Below, one piece after another: positions 11,292 through 20,436 of a stretch of 64,000 nt of DNA (position 1 is its first letter; the number at the start of each line of letters is the position of its first letter). The DNA is taken from contig CAWDVR010000001.1 in NCBI GenBank assembly GCA_963805975.1, positions 64,001-128,000 on the forward strand, given 5' to 3'. The notes beneath the pieces are model-generated. The model was given only the letters and a program-made list of their open reading frames with translations. It made no database searches and was not told where the DNA came from. This stretch comes from an uncultured Acidobacteriota bacterium (GTDB taxonomy: Bacteria; Acidobacteriota; Thermoanaerobaculia; Multivoradales; SZUA-115). A program made the translations under genes and the position numbers.

Positions 11292-13352
11292 CTAGTCTCC
11301 GCCGCGGATCTTGCGGTCCAGGATCTCCTCCGCGTCGAGCGGCGCGCTCCGCTTCGCCTGCACCCGGCGCACGAAGTCGGCGGTCACGCCGTGGATCCTG
11401 TAGCTCACCAGGTCATCGGCCGTCAGCTTGCCGAGGCCGGTGGCCTCGAGCTCGCGGATGTAGGCCGGCGTCACGCCGTGGATGCGGAAGCTGATCAGAT
11501 CCTCGAGAGGCACGCCGCCGTACCCGAGCTTGCCCATCTCGCGCAGGAACTCGGTGGTGGCGCCGTGGATGCGGAGCGACACCACGTCGTCGAGCGCGGG
11601 CTTCGGATAGCCCAGGGCCTTGAGCTCGTGGAGGAAGGAGGGCTCGACGCCGTGAATCCGCAGCGACACCAGCTCGTCGAGCGGGGGCCGCGCGTAGCCC
11701 AGACCGGCGAGCTCGCGCACGAAATCGAGGGTCACGCCGTGGATGCGCAGGCTGACGAGGTCGTCGACCGCCGGGTGCTGGTAGCCCGCCGCCTGGAGGC
11801 CGCGGATCAGCGCCGGCTCGACGCCGTGGATCGCCATGCTCATCAGCTCGTCGTAGGGCAGGCGTGAGTAGCCGAGCGAGTCGAGCTCGGCGAGCTCCTG
11901 GCTGGTGACGTCGTGGAGCGCGAGCAGGAACAAGTGCTCGGGCTCCGGTGCCGGATAGCCCAGCTTGGCGAGCTTGCCCTCGTACTCGCGGCTGGGCTCG
12001 AAGCGGAACTGGCCGGAGCCCTTACCACCGGAGAAGCTGCCCTCGAAGCGCAGCACCCCGGCCTCGCGCACCAGCTCGAAGCTCGCCGGTCCGCGGAAGC
12101 CCGCCGCCGGCAGTCCCCGGAAGTCGCTTCGCGGGCGGTCCTCGCTCGAGGAGTGGCGGCTTCCGGGCCGTGGGCTGAACTCGACGTGGAGATCGACTTC
12201 GCCGTCCTTGCCGTCTTCGAGCTGCCATTTGCCCGAGACGGCGCCGGAGCCCGCCGGGGCCGGGGTCGCCACCGCCGCGGGCCCGAGCGTCGCGAGGCCC
12301 AAGGCCAGGCCGGCCGCGATGAGTGCGGCGACCGCCGCGGCCTGCGGCGCCGGTCCCAGCTCGAAGCGCCGAGCACCCGCCGGCTGGAGCAGGCGGCGCA
12401 CGCGGGCGAGCAGCGCGCCATTGCCTGCGTTGCCGTCGGCGGCCAGGGCGAAGGCGGCAGCGATGTCGGTCCGGCGCTCCGGCCGCAGCAGCTCGATGCC
12501 GGCCAGGGCCCGCGCGTAGGTCAGGCGGTCGCCACAGGCGTCGACCGCGAGGTCGTCGCAGCAGTGCTCGCGCTCCTGCCGGGTGCGCGCCGCCATCCAG
12601 CGCACTGCGGGATGGAAGAAGAAGAGGATCTCGACCAACGCCGCCAGCAGGTTGGCCAGGTAGTCGTTGCGGCGGACGTGCGCCAGCTCGTGCGCCAGGA
12701 GCGCTTCGAGCTCGGCGGCCGGCAGGCCGGTGAAGCAGGAGACGGGCACCAGCACCACCGGCCGCAGCCAGCCCACCACCGCCGGCACCTCCAGCCGGGA
12801 GGTGGCGAGCAGGCGGACGGCCCGCTCGAGGCGGAGCCGGCCGCAGAGCGCCTCGAAGCGGGAGCGCCAGTCTTCGGGGGGCGCTTCGACGCCCACTCTG
12901 GTCAGGCGGTGCGCCTGCCGGAAGCCGCCCAGCCAGCGCGCGGAGAGCATCAGCACACCGGCGAGCCAGCCGGCCGTGAGCCAGGGCAGGGCCGCCTCGG
13001 TGGCGCTGCGCAGGCGCGCGATCCGGGTCGCCGAGACGTTTACGCCGAGGCTGGCGATCTCGGCCACCGGGGCGCTCAGCACAACTGCGGGGCCGGCCGC
13101 GACAGAGCTCGGCGAGGCTGCCGGTGGCGTGCCGCTCCCGAGCCAGATCACCGTGCCCGCCAGTGCCGTGAGCGTCGAGGCAAGGGCCACACAGCAGGCC
13201 GTGTAACGTAGCTCCGGACGGCGCGGCCCGATCAGCAGCAGGGCTCCGGCCAGTGCCGAGGCGATCAGCAGCCCTTGCCACAAGGAATGGACCAGCGCCC
13301 AGCCCAGGGCCTCTACGCCGGTGTGGGAGAACAGGCTCGCGATCGGGTTCAT
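11292..13352 (-). CDS. M56 family (BlaR1/MecR1-like) metallopeptidase with C-terminal 29-aa repeats
   Basis: LGWALVHSLWQG, HELAH zinc motif, FFFHPAVRW, REHCCD; start overlaps blaI stop (ATGA). Confidence 0.9.
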   Translation of the reverse strand: MNPIASLFSHTGVEALGWALVHSLWQGLLIASALAGALLLIGPRRPELRYTACCVALASTLTALAGTVIWLGSGTPPAASPSSVAAGPAVVLSAPVAEIASLGVNVSATRIARLRSATEAALPWLTAGWLAGVLMLSARWLGGFRQAHRLTRVGVEAPPEDWRSRFEALCGRLRLERAVRLLATSRLEVPAVVGWLRPVVLVPVSCFTGLPAAELEALLAHELAHVRRNDYLANLLAALVEILFFFHPAVRWMAARTRQEREHCCDDLAVDACGDRLTYARALAGIELLRPERRTDIAAAFALAADGNAGNGALLARVRRLLQPAGARRFELGPAPQAAAVAALIAAGLALGLATLGPAAVATPAPAGSGAVSGKWQLEDGKDGEVDLHVEFSPRPGSRHSSSEDRPRSDFRGLPAAGFRGPASFELVREAGVLRFEGSFSGGKGSGQFRFEPSREYEGKLAKLGYPAPEPEHLFLLALHDVTSQELAELDSLGYSRLPYDELMSMAIHGVEPALIRGLQAAGYQHPAVDDLVSLRIHGVTLDFVRELAGLGYARPPLDELVSLRIHGVEPSFLHELKALGYPKPALDDVVSLRIHGATTEFLREMGKLGYGGVPLEDLISFRIHGVTPAYIRELEATGLGKLTADDLVSYRIHGVTADFVRRVQAKRSAPLDAEEILDRKIRGGD
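11295..11985 (-). repeat. Intragenic tandem repeat, 87 bp / 29 aa, about 7.5 copies
   Basis: Unit resembles RELxxLGYxxPxLDELVSLRIHGVTPxFI; GCCGTG(G/A)AT recurs at 87-bp spacing. Confidence 0.9.
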
Positions 13353-13759
13353 GGTTTCTCTCCAGGAGTACGGTCGGCTTCCGCTTCGGTTTCCGCCAGC
13401 AGGCGCCGGATCTCGGCCAGCTCGCCGTCGCTGGCGCGGCCCTGGGAAAGCGTCTGCATCACCAGCTTGAGCGCCGAGCCGCCGAAGGCGCGGTCGAGCA
13501 GGTGGTCGATCAACTGGCCCTGCGTCGCCTCCTCGGAGAGCCGGGCACGGTAGACGTGGGCGCGCTGGCGCTCGTCGCGGACCACCAGACCCTTGTCGGT
13601 CATGATCTGCAGCAGCTTGAGCACCGTGGTGTAGCCGGGGTTCGGAGTGCGCTCGATCTCTTCCTGCACCTCGCGCACGGTCGAGGCCCCGCGCCGCCAC
13701 AGCGCGCGCAGGATCTCGAGCTCGGCGTCGGTGGGCTTGGGGAGCTTGCCGGAAGGCAC
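13349..13759 (-). CDS. BlaI/MecI/CopY family repressor
   Basis: PTDAELEILRALW...YTTVLKLLQIMTDKGLV...FGGS; GTG start at 13759 chosen from promoter position. Confidence 0.9.
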   Translation of the reverse strand: MPSGKLPKPTDAELEILRALWRRGASTVREVQEEIERTPNPGYTTVLKLLQIMTDKGLVVRDERQRAHVYRARLSEEATQGQLIDHLLDRAFGGSALKLVMQTLSQGRASDGELAEIRRLLAETEAEADRTPGEKP

Positions 13760-13763
13760 GGCG

Positions 13764-13808
13764 AGATTAGATACGAAGCTCTTCGTAATGTCAACGAAGA
13801 GCTTCGTA
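13764..13808 (-). promoter_or_regulatory. Sigma70-type promoter overlapped by two palindromic operators (likely BlaI-type autoregulation)
   Basis: Minus strand TTGACA-17nt-TCTAAT-6nt-GTG; TACGAAG-N2-CTTCGTA (13772-13787) and AACGAAG-N2-CTTCGTA (13793-13808). Confidence 0.85.
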
Positions 13809-14002
13809 TAAACCGGGCCTAAGGGAAGAACGGGGCAGTTGCATGTCAAGAGTGTGGGTTGAAACGGTAGGAGGCAAGCCTCCCGGGGAGGCCTTGCACG
13901 CCGCCGCCAGAGGGCCCGTTCAGCCGAACAGCTCTTCGAGCGGGATCGACAGGCCCGGAAGCAGAGAGCTCTCGAGCTTCGCCGCCATGCCGAGCACCGC
14001 GC

Positions 14003-15352
14003 TCACTCCCCCCTCGGCCCCGGGATGTGCGGCCGGGTGAGGTCTCTGGGCTCGCCGTCGGTGCAGAGGATGTTGTCCTCGATGCGCACGCCACCGTGTG
14101 GCAGCAGGCGCTCGACCAGCGTCCAATCGACGAGCGAGCCCTCGGGGCTGGCTCTCAGGGGATCGAGCAGCATGGGGATGAAGTAGATGCCGGGCTCGAT
14201 GGTGACGTAGTGGCCCGGCTCGAGCACCCGGGTGTTGCGCAGGTAGGAATGGCCCTCGGGAGGCGGGTTCGTGCCGCCGTCCGGTGAGGCCTGGCGGCCG
14301 CCCACGTCGTGGACCTGGATCCCCAGGTGGTGGCCTACGCCGTGCGGGAAGAAGGCGCGGGTCACGCCGCGGTCGAGCGCCTCCTCGGCGCTTCCCTTGA
14401 CGATCCCCACCGCGGAGAGCAGCTCGGCCGTGAAGCGGTGGGCCGCGAGGTGGATCTCGGTGTAGGGACGGCCCGGCGTCACCAGGGCGCAGAGGCGGCG
14501 CTCGTACGCGTCGAGCCCCTCGACCAGGGCGCGGAAGGCGGGGTCGGCGTCGGGCCGCACCCAAGTGCGGGTGATGTCCGAGGCGTAGGCGCCGTGGCGC
14601 GCCCCGGCGTCGAGCAGCAGCACGCGCCCGGGCGACTCGCCGGCCCGCCGCTTGTGCTGGTAGTGGAGGATGGCGGCCTTGCCGTCGAAGGCGACGATGG
14701 CGCCGAACGGCAGCTCTTCGAGCACCTGGTCGGCGCCGGTGAGGAAAGCCCAGAACACGTCGCGCTCCGAACCGCCCTGCTCCCAGGCGCGGCGCCCGGC
14801 CCGGTGGCCGGCGGCGCCCTTGACGGCCGCCTCCGCCAGCAGCTCCACCTCGAAGTCGGTCTTCACGGCGCGGTACCAGTCGAGCGGGGCGAGGAGCGGC
14901 GTGGGATCGACGCTCTCCGCCGGGATGCCCGCCTCCGCGGCGGCGGCCGGCGAGTTGCCCACGTAGGCCACGCGGTCGAGCGAGCCGAGAACCTTGGGCA
15001 GCTCGGCGAAGCTCTCGACCTCCCGCAGATCGACCGCTTCCTCCCAGAACGACCGCGGCGCCGGCGAGGTGTCGTACCAGTAGTCCCGCGGCTGTACGCG
15101 CACCACCACGGGCGTCGTTCCCGGCCGCGCCAGCACGGCGTGCTCGGGGCCGGCGAGCGGCACCCAGCGCGCGAAGTGGGCGCCGGACCAGAAGGGGATC
15201 ACCGCGTCGTCGGCGTGGTAGGTCTCTTCACGGCCGGCGTGGAAGAGCACGCCGTCGAAGGCCACGTCCCGCCGCTCCGCCCGCTCCAGGGCGTCGGCCA
15301 GCCAGCGGTCGAGAGTGGCGAGATGCTGGCGGTACAGGTCGATCGTGCTCAC
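14003..15352 (-). CDS. pepQ: Xaa-Pro dipeptidase (M24B)
   Basis: AILHY, LLDAGA, YASDITRT, FPHGVGHHLGIQVHDVG, TIEPGIYFI, GGVRIED; GTG start with GGAGG RBS. Confidence 0.9.
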   Translation of the reverse strand: MSTIDLYRQHLATLDRWLADALERAERRDVAFDGVLFHAGREETYHADDAVIPFWSGAHFARWVPLAGPEHAVLARPGTTPVVVRVQPRDYWYDTSPAPRSFWEEAVDLREVESFAELPKVLGSLDRVAYVGNSPAAAAEAGIPAESVDPTPLLAPLDWYRAVKTDFEVELLAEAAVKGAAGHRAGRRAWEQGGSERDVFWAFLTGADQVLEELPFGAIVAFDGKAAILHYQHKRRAGESPGRVLLLDAGARHGAYASDITRTWVRPDADPAFRALVEGLDAYERRLCALVTPGRPYTEIHLAAHRFTAELLSAVGIVKGSAEEALDRGVTRAFFPHGVGHHLGIQVHDVGGRQASPDGGTNPPPEGHSYLRNTRVLEPGHYVTIEPGIYFIPMLLDPLRASPEGSLVDWTLVERLLPHGGVRIEDNILCTDGEPRDLTRPHIPGPRGE

Positions 15353-15444
15353 GCGGCCTCCGGGAGTGTAGGTCTGGAACCGAGCATATCCCGCGCAAGA
15401 TCCGGCTATCGAGCCGCACCGGCCGCCGCTAGAGTAGCCGCGCC

Positions 15445-16698
15445 ATGGCCACCGCTCGCGCTCCTCGACCTTCTGACCCGGCTGCCGACGCCGAGCTCGA
15501 TCTCGTCGAAGCCGCGGTGGTGCGCTTGCGTCGCGAGGCGGGCTCCTTCCTCGACGTGCGGGCGTGGAGCCGTGCCACGGGGACCGACCCGGGCGAGCTG
15601 GAGCGGCTCTCGGTGACGCACTTCCACGCCACTCCCGCCGAGCTCCTGGCCCGCGCCCGCGTCGCCCAGGCCGCGCGGTCGCTCCTCGCCACCTCGCGGC
15701 CGCTGGCTCAAGTGGGCGCCGAGGCAGGTTTCGCGAGCGTTTCCAGCTTCGAGACGCAGTTCTGCCGCCGCATGGCCCTACCTCCGGCCGAGTACCGGGC
15801 GCTCGCCGGCGCCCGCGCCTTCGAGGTCCGCCTGCCGCGGACGTTCCATCTCCGGCGCACGCTGGCCTACCTGGGGCGCGACCCGATGAGCGCCACGGAG
15901 CAGCTCGCGGGCAACGTCTGGGAGGCGGCGCTTCGCCTGGGCGGAAAGCCCCTGCGCGTGCGGGTGGAGATCGGCGCCCGGTCCGCCGTCTGCAGCCTCG
16001 AAGCACGGGGGCGGCTGCCGGTGCGTGCCGCGGTCGATGCCCACGCCAAGGTGCTCCGGCGGCTGGGCCTGGCCGCCGACCCGAAGCCGTTCGAGGAGCT
16101 GGCCGCGAGCGACCCGGCCCTGGCGCCGCTCGTCGCCGGGCGGCGCGGAGTGCGGATCCTGCTCGTCGCCGAGCTCTTCGAGGGCCTGCTGTGGTCGATC
16201 GTCGGCCAGCAGATCCACCTGGGCTTTGCCCGCACCCTGATGCGCCGCCTGGTGGAGGCGACGGGCGAGCCCGCGGGCGAGGGCCTCTACACCGTGCCGG
16301 AGCCGGCCGCGGTGGCCGCCCTCGAGCCGCGGCAGCTCCTCGAACGGCAGTTCTCGCGCAACAAGACCGACTATCTGCTCGCTGCCGCCCGCCTGGTGGC
16401 GAGCGGCGCTCTCGACCTCGAGGCGCTCGCCGCGGGCCCGGCCACGCGGGCGGAGCGCGCCCTCCTCGCCGTGCGTGGGCTCGGCCCCTGGTCCGTCCAC
16501 TACCTGATGATGCGTGGCCTGGGGTTCGGCGACTGCGTGCCGGTCGGCGACTCCGGCCTGGCGCGCGGCCTCGAACGCTTCTTCGGCCTCGCGGAGCGGC
16601 CCGGCCCGCGGCAGACCCTGGAGCTGATGGAGCCCTTCCGGCCGCACCGCAGCCTGGCCACCTTTCACTTCTGGCAGCTCCTCTCGGAGGCGGTATGA
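15445..16698 (+). CDS. alkA: AraC-HTH + AlkA DNA-3-methyladenine glycosylase II
   Basis: AGFASVSSF HTH, IVGQQI, HhH VRGLGPWSVHY..MRG, catalytic PVGD. Confidence 0.85.
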   Translation: MATARAPRPSDPAADAELDLVEAAVVRLRREAGSFLDVRAWSRATGTDPGELERLSVTHFHATPAELLARARVAQAARSLLATSRPLAQVGAEAGFASVSSFETQFCRRMALPPAEYRALAGARAFEVRLPRTFHLRRTLAYLGRDPMSATEQLAGNVWEAALRLGGKPLRVRVEIGARSAVCSLEARGRLPVRAAVDAHAKVLRRLGLAADPKPFEELAASDPALAPLVAGRRGVRILLVAELFEGLLWSIVGQQIHLGFARTLMRRLVEATGEPAGEGLYTVPEPAAVAALEPRQLLERQFSRNKTDYLLAAARLVASGALDLEALAAGPATRAERALLAVRGLGPWSVHYLMMRGLGFGDCVPVGDSGLARGLERFFGLAERPGPRQTLELMEPFRPHRSLATFHFWQLLSEAV

Positions 16699-17222
16699 GC
16701 TGGTACGGATCGACCCTGGAATCGCCCTGCGGCCCCCTGGGCCTGGTGGTGGACGAACGCGGCGCCGTGCTGCGGGTCGAGTTCGTGGGCGGCCGCGACG
16801 CCGCGCGGTTCCGCCGGGCGCTCGCGGCGCGCGGCGACACGCTGATCGAGGCCCCAGAGCGCACCCGCTCGCTCGCGCTCCAGCTCGGCGAGTACTTCGC
16901 CGGCACCCGGCGGAGCTTCGACCTCGAGCTCGCCTTCACCGGCACTCCCTTCCAGCTCCTGGTGTGGCGCGCGCTGACCGCGATCCCCTACGGCGAGACC
17001 ATGAGCTACCGCAACCTCGCGGCGGCGATCGGCGATCCGGCGGCGGTACGCGCCGTGGGCACCGCCAACGGCGCCAACCCGATCGCCATCGTGGTGCCCT
17101 GCCATCGCGTGATCGGCGCCGACGGCTCGCTCACCGGCTACGGCGGCGGCCTGGAGAACAAGCAGCTCCTGCTCGAGCTCGAGGGCTGGCGTGGCGGTGA
17201 AAAGCAGCTCTCTCTCATCTAG
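16695..17222 (+). CDS. ogt: Methylated-DNA-protein-cysteine methyltransferase
   Basis: GTPFQ, IPYGET, RAVGTANGANP, PCHRV; ATGA-coupled to alkA. Confidence 0.93.
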   Translation: MSWYGSTLESPCGPLGLVVDERGAVLRVEFVGGRDAARFRRALAARGDTLIEAPERTRSLALQLGEYFAGTRRSFDLELAFTGTPFQLLVWRALTAIPYGETMSYRNLAAAIGDPAAVRAVGTANGANPIAIVVPCHRVIGADGSLTGYGGGLENKQLLLELEGWRGGEKQLSLI

Positions 17223-17288
17223 AAGAATGCTGGGCGGTGCTAGGCTTCCAGGCAGCATTGGAGCTCGCAAACTAGAGAGGAGACCGCC

Positions 17289-19325
17289 ATGCACCCGAGA
17301 GACACACCCTCGAGAAACATGCCCTCGAGAATCCCTGCCACCGTGCTTCTGCTCACGATCTGCTTTTTTCTCGCCGCTAGCGGCGCGAGCGCGGAGATCG
17401 GCGTCCGGCCGGCCGTGACGCCGGCCACCGACCCCGGCTTCGGGCCGGTTCCGCAGCTGCGCTTCGGAGCGCTGGACAAGGCGCTCCTCGAAGCTGAGGA
17501 CGCAGAGGCCCAGGACGGGCCGCTGCGCTTCGCCATCTCGCACCCGGTCTCGGTGTCGCCCGACCGGGACGGCCTCTGGGACCGTACGGACGACGGCAAG
17601 CTGCGCTGGCGCTGGCGGGTGAGCGCGGCAGAGGCCACCAACCTCAACTTCGGCTTCGGCCGCTACCGCATGCCGCCCAAGGGCCAGCTCCTGATCTACG
17701 CCGCGGACGGCCTCACGGCCCTCGGTCCCTTCACCGCCGAGAACAACCAGGACCACGGCGAGCTGTGGACGCCGATCCTCGCCACCACGGACGCGGTGCT
17801 GGAGCTCACCCTCCCGGAGGCCGAGCGCGGCCGGCTCGAGCTCGAGCTCACGGCCGTCAACCAGGGCTACCGGTACTTCAGCAACCTCGGTCCGGACAAG
17901 TCCGGCTCCTGCAACGTGGACGTGGTCTGCTCGCAGGGCGACCCCTACCGCGACATCATCCGCTCGGTGGCGGTCTACAGCCGCAATGGAACGTTCGCCT
18001 GCACTGGCGCCATGATCAACAACACGGCGCAGAACCTCCGGCCGTTCTTCCTCACCGCCAACCATTGCAGCGTCAACTCGGGCAACGCGGCCACGGTGGT
18101 CGCTTACTGGTTGTACGAGAACTCCACCTGTCGGACCCCCGGCAGCGGGGCCTCGGGCGGGCCGGGCAACGGCAGCCTTTCGAGCACGCTCTCCGGCACC
18201 ACTTTCCGGGCGAGCCACCCGCCTTCCGACATGACCTTGGTCGAGTTCAACAGTGCCCCGCCCTCCGGCCACCGCGTGTTCTGGGCGGGCTGGGACCGGG
18301 GTGGCGGCAACCCCGGCTCCGCCATTGCGATCCATCACCCGCAGACGGACGAGAAGCGCATCAGCTTCGAGAACCAGGGCCTCACCACGACCAGCTACCT
18401 GAGCAACTCGGCCCCCGGTGACGGCACGCACCTGCGGGTGATCGACTGGGACGTCGGCACCACGGAGCCGGGCTCCTCGGGCTCGCCGCTCTTCAACTCC
18501 TCGAAGCGGATCGTCGGCCAGCTCCACGGCGGCTTCGCCGCCTGCGGCAACAACGACTCCGACTGGTACGGCCGCGTGTCCACCTCGTGGACCGGCGGCG
18601 GCTCGAACTCCACCCGCCTCTCCAACTGGCTGGACCCGGGCAGCACCGGCGCCACCACGCTGAACGGTACCCAGCAGCCCACCGGTAGCACGCCGGCGGC
18701 CCCCACCAACCTGACCGCCGCGCCGCAGTCGCCCTCGCAGGTGCTGCTCAACTGGCAGGACAACGCCAACAACGAGAGCGAGTACCGGATCGAGGTCCGG
18801 CCGCCGGGCGGCGGCTTCGGCGATATCGGCTCGGTGCCGGCGAACAGCAACGGCGCGATCGTCACCGGCCTGGCCTCGGGCACCACCTACCAGTTCCGGG
18901 TCCGGGCGCGCAACGCCAGCGGCAACTCCGCCTACTCGAACACCGCCTCGGCGACCACGCCCACGAACACCGGGCCTTGCGTGGCCGACGCGGACACCAT
19001 GTGCTTCAACGGCGGGCGCTTCCGGGTGGAGATGATTTGGCAGTTCCCCAACGGCCAGTCCGGAACGGGCAAGGTGGTGCCGCTCACCGACAACTCCGGC
19101 GCCTTCTACTTCCTGAACGCGAGCAACCTCGAGATGCTGATCAAGGTGCTCAACGCCTGTAGCATCGGGAACCGCTTCTGGGTCTTCTTCGCCGCCACCA
19201 CCAACGTGCAGTTCACGGTCACGGTCACCGACACTCAGACGGGCAATGTCAAGAGCTACTTCAACCCGCAGGGCACCGCGGCGCTGCCGGTGCAGGACAC
19301 CAACGCGTTCGCGACCTGCCCGTAA
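17289..19325 (+). CDS. Secreted lysyl endopeptidase-like S1 serine protease + FN3 domain + conserved C-terminal domain
   Basis: SGSCNVDVVC mature start, LTANHC, SDMTL, GSSGSPL; FN3 (PAAPTNL...YQFRVRA); start may be 17319. Confidence 0.88.
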   Translation: MHPRDTPSRNMPSRIPATVLLLTICFFLAASGASAEIGVRPAVTPATDPGFGPVPQLRFGALDKALLEAEDAEAQDGPLRFAISHPVSVSPDRDGLWDRTDDGKLRWRWRVSAAEATNLNFGFGRYRMPPKGQLLIYAADGLTALGPFTAENNQDHGELWTPILATTDAVLELTLPEAERGRLELELTAVNQGYRYFSNLGPDKSGSCNVDVVCSQGDPYRDIIRSVAVYSRNGTFACTGAMINNTAQNLRPFFLTANHCSVNSGNAATVVAYWLYENSTCRTPGSGASGGPGNGSLSSTLSGTTFRASHPPSDMTLVEFNSAPPSGHRVFWAGWDRGGGNPGSAIAIHHPQTDEKRISFENQGLTTTSYLSNSAPGDGTHLRVIDWDVGTTEPGSSGSPLFNSSKRIVGQLHGGFAACGNNDSDWYGRVSTSWTGGGSNSTRLSNWLDPGSTGATTLNGTQQPTGSTPAAPTNLTAAPQSPSQVLLNWQDNANNESEYRIEVRPPGGGFGDIGSVPANSNGAIVTGLASGTTYQFRVRARNASGNSAYSNTASATTPTNTGPCVADADTMCFNGGRFRVEMIWQFPNGQSGTGKVVPLTDNSGAFYFLNASNLEMLIKVLNACSIGNRFWVFFAATTNVQFTVTVTDTQTGNVKSYFNPQGTAALPVQDTNAFATCP

Positions 19326-19338
19326 AAGAAGCAGGCCC

Positions 19339-20226
19339 TCATGCGGCGGGCGCCGGTTGCCGGCGCCCGTCCCGCAGTCGCAGGGCGAGGATCGCCGCCG
19401 TCACCACCAGCGCCGCGCCGAGCAGGAAGAGGCCGTCGAGCGTGGTGCCCCAGAACAGCCAGTCCAGGAGGCCCGAGAACACCACGCTGGTGTAGAGGAA
19501 CGGCCCCACCTGGCCGGCGGGCGCCGAGGCGTAGGCCAGCGTCAAGAGAAGCTGGCCCACGGTCGCCAGCAGGCCGGCGGCCAGGAGCAGGCCCCAGGCC
19601 CGGGCCGAGGGCGCCTGCCACGAGCCGGCGAGCGGCAGCGCCGAGACCACGGTCGAGATGGCGGCGAAGTAGAAGACGATGCGCGTGGCCGGTTCGGTCA
19701 GGGTCAGGCGCCGGATCCCCACCTGGCCCACCGCGGCGAGCACCGCCGCGGTGAGCGCCACCAGGGCCACGGGATCGAACACCCCTGTTCCCGGTTTCAG
19801 GATCAGCAGGATGCCCGCGAAGCCCACGGCGAGCGGCGCCCCCAGGCGCCGCGCGATGCGCTCGCCCAGCCACAGGCGCTCGACCGCCGGCAGGAAGAGC
19901 GGCAGCGTGTAGTTGAGCAGCACCGCGTCCGCCAGCCGCAGGCGGCCGATGGCGTAGAAGAAGCAGTACATCGCCGCCAGGCCGAAGAGCCCGCGCACCA
20001 GGTGCTGCGAGAAGTGCCGGGTCTTGAGGCTCGCCGGCCCCCGTCGCGCTACCAGCGGCAGCAGCACGGCGACCGCCACCGCGTTGCGGAAGAACACGAT
20101 CATCGTCGTCGGCAGCGATTGCGAAGCGGCCTTCACCGCCGCGCTCATGGCGGCAAAGAACAGCGCCGAAGCCACCATGTAGAGCGCGCCGCGGGAAATG
20201 GACTGCGCCAGGCGAGGTGAGGTCAT
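19339..20226 (-). CDS. DMT/EamA family transporter
   Basis: About ten hydrophobic segments, LGERI motif, duplicated EamA pattern; start approximate. Confidence 0.88.
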   Translation of the reverse strand: MTSPRLAQSISRGALYMVASALFFAAMSAAVKAASQSLPTTMIVFFRNAVAVAVLLPLVARRGPASLKTRHFSQHLVRGLFGLAAMYCFFYAIGRLRLADAVLLNYTLPLFLPAVERLWLGERIARRLGAPLAVGFAGILLILKPGTGVFDPVALVALTAAVLAAVGQVGIRRLTLTEPATRIVFYFAAISTVVSALPLAGSWQAPSARAWGLLLAAGLLATVGQLLLTLAYASAPAGQVGPFLYTSVVFSGLLDWLFWGTTLDGLFLLGAALVVTAAILALRLRDGRRQPAPAA

Positions 20227-20436
20227 CGGGAGAGGAATCATCCCATCTCGGCAGGAAGTTCCGCGGCGGCGTTGCGGCTCGCTCCTCGAACACCTTGCCA
20301 ACGGGGCACCGGAGTGAGTGTAAGTGTAGCTCCCGACAGCACGAACTGGCTTTGCCGCTGGCTCTCGTGCAGTCGCAACTCGCACGAGGCACGACCTTTG
20401 AATAGTGGCGTTCTCGATGGATGAGAGGGAGAGGAA

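Noticed and set aside
11295-11985. Regularly spaced repeats as a possible CRISPR array
   Set aside because: Degenerate in-frame 87-bp coding repeats with no unique spacers and no cas genes.
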